From: Thermococcus kodakarensis KOD1
GTDB taxonomy: Archaea > Methanobacteriota_B > Thermococci > Thermococcales > Thermococcaceae
Reading direction: 5' to 3'
DNA: 32,000 nt
Assembly: GCF_000009965.1 (NCBI RefSeq)
Contig: NC_006624.1
Span: 450,001 to 482,000 of the forward strand
Part shown: piece by piece, positions 25,775 through 32,000 of the stretch
How the letters are laid out: every line of letters starts with the position of its first letter
Position numbering within the stretch: the stretch's first letter is position 1
The notes under the pieces: generated by a model
Seen by the model: the letters and a program-made list of their open reading frames with translations, nothing else
Database searches by the model: none
What the model was told of the DNA's origin: nothing
Position numbers and translations under genes: made by a program

Positions 25775-27049
25775 ATGATAATCCACATTGGAATTGACGA
25801 TACGGACTCTCCAAATGGTATGTGCACCACATACCTGGGTGCCATCCTCTACCGCGAGCTCTCAAGGTTAGCCGAGCCCTTGGACCTGCCCAGGCTGATC
25901 CGCCTGAACCCGAACATCCCCTACAAGACGCGCGGAAACGGTGCAGTCGCGATGACTTTCGAGGCCAGTGAGGACATTATCCCCGAAATCAAGGACACGG
26001 TTCTTTTCTACGTTTCGCAGCTGGCGGATTTTGAACACGAGAACACAAACCCCGGCGTTGTCTTCCTTGAGGGAGATGTTCCTAACGAGCTGAGAAAGTT
26101 CTCGCTGAGAGCACTGAGGGAGCACGTGACCATAGGGGAAGCCGAGGAAGTTGCGAGAAAGGTTGGGGCTGAATACTTCAAGTTCAAGCTCGGGAGGGGG
26201 GTAATCGGGTCCCTCGCGGCAATTGGCTACCCCCTTGAGAGGTTTACCTATGAGCTTCTGGCCTACCGGGAGCGGGAGTACTGGGGGACGCCGAGAAGGG
26301 TAAACGAGGAGAGCGTCTTTCTGGCGGATAAATGGGCTTATCCCTTCAGCTACGACAACGTGGACCCCTACAAGCGTGTTGTTCTGATAACACCCCACGG
26401 AAAAGACCCTGTCCTTGTGGGAATCCGCGGGATTGACAAGGGCAAAGTTCTCCAGGTCTTTGAAATGGTGGAGTTCGAGGAACCAGTGGCTTTCTACCAG
26501 CTCTACAAGACGAACCAGAACACCGACGACCACCTCACCCCCAAGAGGATCGGCGAGCTAAAGCTCTACGACAGCGCGGTCGTTAGGGGGTGGGTTGCTT
26601 CGCCATACTGGGAGCGTGGAAGGCACGTGTTCTTCGAGCTTGAGGACGAGACAGGGAAGATTCGCGTGGCGGCGTTCGAGCCGACCAAGAAGTTCCGCAA
26701 CTGGGTGCGCAAGCTCCTCCCCGGCGATGAAATCATAGCCGCTGGCGGCGTCAAGGAGCACGAGGGCATCCTAACCCTTAACCTCGAAAAGTTCTACCCG
26801 GTCGAGCTGGTTCCGAAGGTTGAGTACAGAAAACCAAAATGCCCGGTCTGCGGTGGGACCATGAAGAGCAAGGGCGACTACCTGAAGTGCAAGCGCTGTG
26901 GATACAAAATGCCGAAAAGGCTAATCCCCGTTGAAGTCCCCCGAGATCTGGAGAGAAAGATCTACGAGGTTCCCCCCGATGCCAGGAAGCACCTCTCAAG
27001 GCCGCTTGTCCTTCCCGGTGGGGAAGAGCGGCTGATGGAACTACTGTAA
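25775..27049 (+). CDS. tiaS: tRNA(Ile2) 2-agmatinylcytidine synthetase TiaS
   Basis: The product starts [23 protein letters not shown], the TiaS/DUF1743 N-terminus. It has an OB-fold region and a C-terminal zinc ribbon ([22 protein letters not shown]). A TATA-like TTTTTAAA at 25745-25752 lies about 25 nt upstream of the ATG at 25775, suggesting a leaderless mRNA. Confidence 0.85.
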   Translation: MIIHIGIDDTDSPNGMCTTYLGAILYRELSRLAEPLDLPRLIRLNPNIPYKTRGNGAVAMTFEASEDIIPEIKDTVLFYVSQLADFEHENTNPGVVFLEGDVPNELRKFSLRALREHVTIGEAEEVARKVGAEYFKFKLGRGVIGSLAAIGYPLERFTYELLAYREREYWGTPRRVNEESVFLADKWAYPFSYDNVDPYKRVVLITPHGKDPVLVGIRGIDKGKVLQVFEMVEFEEPVAFYQLYKTNQNTDDHLTPKRIGELKLYDSAVVRGWVASPYWERGRHVFFELEDETGKIRVAAFEPTKKFRNWVRKLLPGDEIIAAGGVKEHEGILTLNLEKFYPVELVPKVEYRKPKCPVCGGTMKSKGDYLKCKRCGYKMPKRLIPVEVPRDLERKIYEVPPDARKHLSRPLVLPGGEERLMELL

Positions 27050-27067
27050 AAGACCGTGGTGGGCAAA

Positions 27068-27664
27068 ATGAGGACGTTCATCCTCAAGGCGAACACCGCC
27101 GTGACTTCTCCGGACTTCTCGCTCAAAGACCTGCCTGGAACTGGGGGACGAATTGACCTGCTATGCAGGTTCCTCAACAGCGCCTTCCTCCTCTCGCACG
27201 GGATAAGGAAGGATGTGAGAGTCTTCATGACGCTCTACGGCAGGCCCAACCCTCCGAAGACGATTCACTTCGAGGGTCCTAAGCTGAAGGTCAGGCTCAA
27301 CCCGGACGAGAGGAGCACTGCCTTAATCCTGAAGAAGGCCCTTAAGATCGGAGAAGACCTCAGGGAGCCCACGAAGGAAGTTGAGGTCTTTCCGGGTGTT
27401 TACGTCAGCAACATGACGTTTGAGGACGTCGTGAGAAGGGTCATGAAGGACTCGACGCTCTACTACCTCGTCGAGGACGGGAAGCCGATAACCGAAATCG
27501 AGTTCCCTCAGAATCCAGCCTTCGTCCTCGGAGACCATCTCGGCCTCAGCAAAGAGGATGAGCGCTTTCTTGAGGGCATAGCGAAGAAGGTCAGGATTGG
27601 AAGGAGGAGCTACCTTGCTTCTCACGTTGTTGCCTTCGTGAACATCTGGCTGGACGGGATGTGA
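27068..27664 (+). CDS. trmY: tRNA (pseudouridine54-N1)-methyltransferase TrmY (SPOUT, DUF358)
   Basis: The product begins [51 protein letters not shown]-terminal ...[13 protein letters not shown]...[11 protein letters not shown]-like knot region follows. This matches the TrmY family pattern as I recall it. Confidence 0.75.
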   Translation: MRTFILKANTAVTSPDFSLKDLPGTGGRIDLLCRFLNSAFLLSHGIRKDVRVFMTLYGRPNPPKTIHFEGPKLKVRLNPDERSTALILKKALKIGEDLREPTKEVEVFPGVYVSNMTFEDVVRRVMKDSTLYYLVEDGKPITEIEFPQNPAFVLGDHLGLSKEDERFLEGIAKKVRIGRRSYLASHVVAFVNIWLDGM

Positions 27665-27744
27665 AAAATCCTGAAATTATAACCAACCGTTCCCAACCTT
27701 CCGTTTAAGAAACCCTTTAATTCCTGCCAGCTTTTGGGCTATTG

Positions 27745-28038
27745 ATGATCGTGAGGGGCAGAATCCTCGGGGCTGGAGTTGTTGCTCCCTTTGAGGTCAG
27801 AAAAGACGAAAGAGGGCTTTATGTTAGGGTGGAGCTTCCGGACAAACTTTTTGAGCACTCAATAGACTGCCCCTGCCTTGAACCCCTTGAGTTTCTCGGA
27901 CTTCTTCTCCCGGCGCTCGAGGAGGAGCTCGGCGAGGTTAAGGGTGTTTTCGTGGAAAAAGTTGAGAAAGAAAAGCATCACTCCCTCTTGAAGAGCTTCT
28001 TGAGGTTCCTCTCGAAAGGCGGCCACACGACGCCCTGA
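27745..28038 (+). CDS. Hypothetical small protein (97 aa); its 3' end overlaps the mtnA 3' end by 61 nt
   Basis: This is the only ORF in the 313-nt gap between trmY and mtnA. A TATA-like CTTTAATT (27714-27721) lies about 24 nt upstream of the ATG, suggesting a leaderless transcript. I recognise no family. Confidence 0.35.
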   Translation: MIVRGRILGAGVVAPFEVRKDERGLYVRVELPDKLFEHSIDCPCLEPLEFLGLLLPALEEELGEVKGVFVEKVEKEKHHSLLKSFLRFLSKGGHTTP

Positions 28039-29048
28039 TCCGTGATTATTCCGGTCAGGTACTTGTGGGGCGTCACATCGAAGGCCGGGTTGTAGACGTC
28101 AACGTCCGGCGCTATCTTACAGCCGCCGCAGGTGAGGACTTCCTCCGGCTTGCGCTCCTCTATGGGTATCTCCTTCCCGCTCTTCAGGCTCATGTCTATC
28201 GTCGAGAGCGGCGCGACTGTGAAGAAGGGTATCCCGTGCTCCTTTGCAAGGACTGCAAGGGTGTAGGTTCCAATCTTGTTGGCGAAGTCCCCGTTGGCGA
28301 CTATCCTGTCGGCACCGACTATTATCGCGTCGACCTTACCCTGCTGCATCACAAAGCCCGCCATGTTGTCGCTTATGAGCTTGAGAGGAATGCCGTCGTA
28401 GTGGTACTCCCAAGCTGAAAGCCTGGCTCCCTGGAGAACGGGCCTCGTCTCGTCCACCCACAGGAGCTTGAGGGTTCCGTCCCTGTGCATGACCCTTAAA
28501 ACGGCACCAACCGTTCCGAGCTGAACCGTTGCCAAACTTCCCGCGTTGCAGTGGGTTAGAACGTTACCCTCTGGAAGAACCTCGGCACCGTAGTGTCCCA
28601 TCCTCAGGTTGGCCTCCACATCTTCGTTCGCTATCTTCTGCGCCTCGGCAACGATGAGCCTCTTTATCTCGTCAAGAGGGTCTTCGAGGTGTTCCTCAAC
28701 CAGGCTCTTCACCCTGTTGAGCGCCCAGAAGAGGTTAACGGCTGTTGGGCGGGTGTTCTTGAGCCTCTCGTAAGCCCTTTCAAAGCCATCCATGAACTCC
28801 TCCTTGGTTCTGGCATTGGAGGTGTCCGCGTAGAGAGCTAAACCAAAGGCGGCAGCGGCCCCTATCGCGGGAGCACCGCGCACCTTCATGGTGATGATGG
28901 CCTCAGCCACTTCATCAACAGTCCTTAGCTCTATCTCCCTGAACTCCCTCGGGAGGAGGGTCTGGTCTATCATGGTTACCCTTCCCGGCTCGTACCTAAC
29001 GCTCCTTGGAAGCCTCGTGAGTTCCTCTGGCTTGTACCTTATCTCCAT
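27978..29048 (-). CDS. mtnA: Methylthioribose-1-phosphate isomerase family protein (aIF-2B subunit-like, MtnA)
   Basis: The product starts [41 protein letters not shown]. It also contains [37 protein letters not shown] and [18 protein letters not shown]. The start is set at the ATG at 29048, because the upstream extension is low-complexity. Confidence 0.85.
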   Translation of the reverse strand: MEIRYKPEELTRLPRSVRYEPGRVTMIDQTLLPREFREIELRTVDEVAEAIITMKVRGAPAIGAAAAFGLALYADTSNARTKEEFMDGFERAYERLKNTRPTAVNLFWALNRVKSLVEEHLEDPLDEIKRLIVAEAQKIANEDVEANLRMGHYGAEVLPEGNVLTHCNAGSLATVQLGTVGAVLRVMHRDGTLKLLWVDETRPVLQGARLSAWEYHYDGIPLKLISDNMAGFVMQQGKVDAIIVGADRIVANGDFANKIGTYTLAVLAKEHGIPFFTVAPLSTIDMSLKSGKEIPIEERKPEEVLTCGGCKIAPDVDVYNPAFDVTPHKYLTGIITDQGVVWPPFERNLKKLFKRE

Positions 29049-29103
29049 GAGAACCACCCCAAAGGGTTTAAGGGAGGAACTTAAAGCTCCTTCGGTGAGT
29101 GAA

Positions 29104-29646
29104 ATGGCTTTGAGGATATTCGTGACAGGGCCGGCTGGGGTCGGCAAGACAACGCTCGTGGAGAGAGTAGCCAGGGAAGTTGACCGCTGGGGCTACATAG
29201 TTGGTGGAGTGATAACCAGAGAAGTGCGCAGGGGAGGAAGGCGCATCGGGTTTAAGATAACTGCCCTTGACACGGGCGAGGAGGGAACCCTCGCAAGCCT
29301 AAGGGGAACTTCCCACCTCCCAGGGGTTCCCTTTGGAAAGTACGTCGTCCACGTAGATGAGATAGAAAGGGTGGCCGTTCCGGCGATAAGGAGAGCGATC
29401 GTCGAAGCAGACCTGATAGTGATAGACGAAATCGGCCCTATGGAGTACACAAGCAACGAGTTCATCAGGGCAGTTGGGGAAGTCCTGAAGTCAGAGAAAC
29501 CGCTCCTAGCGGTTGTTCACAGAAAGTTCATCGACAGGTTCAGACCCCTTGGAGAAGTCCATACCCTAAGCTTCGAGAACAGGAACGCGGAGTTCGGAAT
29601 AATCCTGGACAGGGTAATGAAAGAGCTGAAGGGGATCAGAGGTTGA
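29104..29646 (+). CDS. Nucleoside-triphosphatase, THEP1 family (P-loop)
   Basis: The product starts [22 protein letters not shown] (Walker A). It also has [11 protein letters not shown] (Walker B) and is about 180 aa. The track's N-terminal extension (28888-29103) is antisense to mtnA. Confidence 0.8.
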   Translation: MALRIFVTGPAGVGKTTLVERVAREVDRWGYIVGGVITREVRRGGRRIGFKITALDTGEEGTLASLRGTSHLPGVPFGKYVVHVDEIERVAVPAIRRAIVEADLIVIDEIGPMEYTSNEFIRAVGEVLKSEKPLLAVVHRKFIDRFRPLGEVHTLSFENRNAEFGIILDRVMKELKGIRG

Positions 29647-30169
29647 GCTCATCCTTACAGCTCTCGCAGACCCACTTTTCGCCGCCTTCAATGTAGACTT
29701 TGTAGAGTGGACCGTACTGGCCGCAGACCTCGCAGATGCCGTAGACCTCGGTCTCCTCCTCGACTTCTTCCTCTTCCTCGCTGTTCATGCTGTTGAGCGC
29801 GGCCAGGAGGTCGGCGGCAGTAACGAAGCCTATCGGCTTCCCGACCCTCGTGACTAGGAGCCTTCTGATTCCCTTGTCCATCATCTTGTCTATGGCATCC
29901 TGGATAGTATAGTCATCCTCTATGGTGACAGGCTTCGTGGTCATGACATCTTTGACGAGAACCTTCTTGGGATCCTTCCCCTTGGCAACGACCTTGTCGA
30001 GGATGTCGCGGTCGGTTATTATTCCAACTATCTCCTCGTTCTCATCAACGACCACAGCACTGCCCACCTTGTTGCGGGCCAGTATTCTAGCGACCTTGTG
30101 TATGGTATCGTCCGGCCTAACGAGCACTGCCTTCCTCTTGACAACCTGTCCTACGGTAATCTCTGCCAT
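29636..30169 (-). CDS. CBS-pair domain protein with an acidic linker and C-terminal zinc ribbon
   Basis: The product starts [53 protein letters not shown] (CBS1). A second CBS follows ([32 protein letters not shown]). After that come an [11 protein letters not shown] linker and CEVCGQ...CESC. The RBS is GAGGTGG. Confidence 0.8.
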   Translation of the reverse strand: MAEITVGQVVKRKAVLVRPDDTIHKVARILARNKVGSAVVVDENEEIVGIITDRDILDKVVAKGKDPKKVLVKDVMTTKPVTIEDDYTIQDAIDKMMDKGIRRLLVTRVGKPIGFVTAADLLAALNSMNSEEEEEVEEETEVYGICEVCGQYGPLYKVYIEGGEKWVCESCKDELNL

Positions 30170-30204
30170 GTTACCACCTCTCAAGCGGAAATCCTCACGG
30201 TATC

Positions 30205-30762
30205 TTAAAAACGTTTCCGGAAACGATACTCTAAAACACCAAATACAAGAATAAACGTTAAGATTGCAATAATAACGGCAATCCAGTCGAGGGAGCTTTT
30301 GGAAGCTTCCTTGGCAGTTTTAACGGTTAGAGTCCTAACGGTTTCGGACTGTTCTTCGCTCCCTCCCATCAAAAGCTTAACCGCAAAGTACATCCCAGTA
30401 GAAGCCACGGCACTCACAGCGAGGTTTATGACGCGAAGCTTTTCCCACGTCCTATGCTTCTTCTTACCTCCCGGAAGAATCAGTATCGGCTTGCTTGAAG
30501 CCCTGTACAGCTTTACCTCCTGGAGGCGCTTTCCGTACTTCTTTCCAGCGACTTCCACGAGCCCGACTTTGAGCATGCGGTCTATGTGGTATGAGACTGT
30601 CGATATAGGAATCCCAAGCTCCCGAGAAATCTCGCTTATTGAACGGGGTCTCTCCTCTATTAACTTGAGTATCGAGAGTGCCTTCTCGTTTGAAAGTATC
30701 TGGGCAAGCTCCTTAGCGCGCTCGTCGTGAATGTCGATGACCTCGTAATCCAAAAGGTCCAC
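30205..30762 (-). CDS. Membrane-anchored ArsR-type winged-helix transcriptional regulator
   Basis: The wHTH is LSILKLIEERPRSISEISRELGIPISTVSYHIDRMLKVGLVEV. Two hydrophobic segments follow (VINLAVSAVASTGMYFAVKLLMG and WIAVIIAILTFILVFGVL). The gene has a GTG start and lies 20 nt upstream of the CBS gene on the same strand. Confidence 0.7.
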   Translation of the reverse strand: MDLLDYEVIDIHDERAKELAQILSNEKALSILKLIEERPRSISEISRELGIPISTVSYHIDRMLKVGLVEVAGKKYGKRLQEVKLYRASSKPILILPGGKKKHRTWEKLRVINLAVSAVASTGMYFAVKLLMGGSEEQSETVRTLTVKTAKEASKSSLDWIAVIIAILTFILVFGVLEYRFRKRF

Positions 30763-30849
30763 CGTGGAGAATCCGAAGGGAAGGTTATAAGAATTTCCAG
30801 AGCTTCAAGAAAAACTGAAGCGTTTGAAGGAAAAGGAAAGGAATCAAAT

Positions 30850-31125
30850 TCACGGCTTCTCAAGGATGATCTCGATGGTTGAGGTGTTGGCAGTCCTGCC
30901 GTCGGCAGTCGGGAGCTCCTCGGTACCGATCTTGATCTCCTTAACCCTGACCTCTGGGAGGAACCTGTTCCTGACGATCTCGGCGACGTCAACGGCCCTG
31001 CTGATAGCCCTACCGCGAGCCCTGATGCTGACCTCCTTGGCGCCCTCGTTGAACTGGGTTATCACAGCGAGGACGTAGTTCATAACCGGCTTCTTTCCAA
31101 TGTAGACGACGTGCTCCTCAGCCAT
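30850..31125 (-). CDS. albA: DNA/RNA-binding chromatin protein Alba
   Basis: The product is [55 protein letters not shown]..., the canonical Alba sequence. The RBS is GGAGGTG. Confidence 0.95.
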   Translation of the reverse strand: MAEEHVVYIGKKPVMNYVLAVITQFNEGAKEVSIRARGRAISRAVDVAEIVRNRFLPEVRVKEIKIGTEELPTADGRTANTSTIEIILEKP

Positions 31126-31321
31126 TTCTGGCACCTCCGGAAGTTTTGTCGTTAGGCTATCGCCGAGATGGGGTTAAATACTTTTCGGTCGTCTTCACCA
31201 AGCGGGAAACAAATTTGACACCTCCAAGGGGCTTTGCGAGCTTCACGAGATTAAGTTCTTACAAAATTATGGCAACATAAACATTTTAAGGCGCAAAAAT
31301 TGACTTAAACGTGGTGATAAA

Positions 31322-32000
31322 ATGGCCGTTCACCCGATTGACTACCGCTACGGGAGCGAGGAGATGAGGAGAATCTGGGACGAGGAGAACAAGTTGCAGA
31401 AGCTCCTCGACGTTGAAGCGGCGCTTGCAAGGGCGCACGCAAAGGTCGGCAACATTCCGGAAGAGAGCGCGCGCGTAATATCCGAGAGAGCGAACACGAA
31501 GTGGGTGAAGCTTGAAAGGGTTAAAGAGATTGAAGCGGAGATACACCACGACATAATGGCAGTTGTCAAGGCGTTAAGCGAGGTGTGCGGCGAGCACGGG
31601 AAGTACGTTCACCTTGGAGCGACTTCAAACGATATAATAGACACCGCAAACGCGCTCCTCATAAAGGAAAGCCTCGCGATAGTTGAGAGGGATCTGAAAG
31701 AGCTCCGCTCCGTTCTCAAGCGTCTCGCGATGGAGCACAAGTACACCGTTTGCATCGGAAGAACTCACGGTCAGCACGCGGTACCCACAACCTACGGCAT
31801 GAAGTTCGCGATATGGCTGGACGAGGTACAGAGGCATATAGACAGGATCAACCAGCTCAAGGAGAGAGTTCTCGTTGGTCAGATGAGCGGCGCGGTTGGA
31901 ACAATGGCCAGCTTCGGGGAGAGAGGCCTTGAAATACAGAGGTTAGTCATGGAAGGCCTCGGCCTCAAGCCCGCTAGAATAACCAACCAGATAATCCAGA
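31322..32000 (+). CDS. purB: Adenylosuccinate lyase, 5' partial (runs off the window)
   Basis: My own translation gives MAVHPIDYRYGSEEMRRIWDEENKLQKLLDVEAALARAH...HLGATSNDIIDTA...GRTHGQHAVPTTYG...GQMSGAVGT. These are the fumarate-lyase/PurB signatures. No stop occurs before 32000. Confidence 0.9.
   Translation, partial: MAVHPIDYRYGSEEMRRIWDEENKLQKLLDVEAALARAHAKVGNIPEESARVISERANTKWVKLERVKEIEAEIHHDIMAVVKALSEVCGEHGKYVHLGATSNDIIDTANALLIKESLAIVERDLKELRSVLKRLAMEHKYTVCIGRTHGQHAVPTTYGMKFAIWLDEVQRHIDRINQLKERVLVGQMSGAVGTMASFGERGLEIQRLVMEGLGLKPARITNQIIQ

Noticed and set aside
437-26533. Other antisense or overlapping track ORFs, for example 437-838, 666-1040, 1022-1540, 1119-1571, 3448-3915, 6826-7431, 8441-8986, 10198-10752, 11310-11684, 22656-23063, 22682-23029 and 25868-26533
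   Set aside because: Each lies opposite to, or out of frame with, a gene that has clear family motifs. Their products are low-complexity (Ser/Arg/Pro/Leu-rich) and lack RBS or TATA context.

Overview
The window looks like a Thermococcales (Thermococcus-like) chromosomal segment. It is GC-rich in third codon positions, uses GGTGA-type ribosome-binding sites, and has archaeal TATA boxes about 25 nt upstream of start sites. Most of it is densely packed, conserved housekeeping DNA. This includes an oxidative-stress cluster (rubrerythrin, rubredoxin, superoxide reductase, and a later peroxiredoxin), glyA, a tfs-pcna-gins51 information-processing cluster, and a Moco operon (moaB, moeA). It also includes archaeal SAM synthetase, an aminotransferase, a carbamoyltransferase, proS, a tRNA-modification pair (tiaS, trmY), mtnA, Alba and the 5' part of purB. 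From memory, this gene order resembles T. kodakarensis and Pyrococcus. Several elements are not explained by the ORF track. (1) A 24-repeat CRISPR array (18981-20566) has no cas genes in the window and is probably transcribed on the minus strand. (2) Two GC-rich intergenic loci (12060-12272 plus strand, 15056-15200 minus strand) are covered by spurious ORFs but fold as tandem hairpin-ACA units, typical of multi-hairpin archaeal H/ACA pseudouridylation guide sRNAs. (3) A vapBC toxin-antitoxin pair is wedged inside the moaB-moeA operon, and its 55-aa antitoxin is missing from the ORF track. (4) Three tandem paralogous genes encode small secreted proteins, and the middle copy is broken by an in-frame TGA. 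(5) A membrane-anchored wHTH regulator forms an operon with a CBS-pair/zinc-ribbon protein. I did not find a convincing, entirely new multi-gene system. The items above are the parts most worth a second look, and all functional calls rest on my reading of the translated sequences and motifs, with no database searches.
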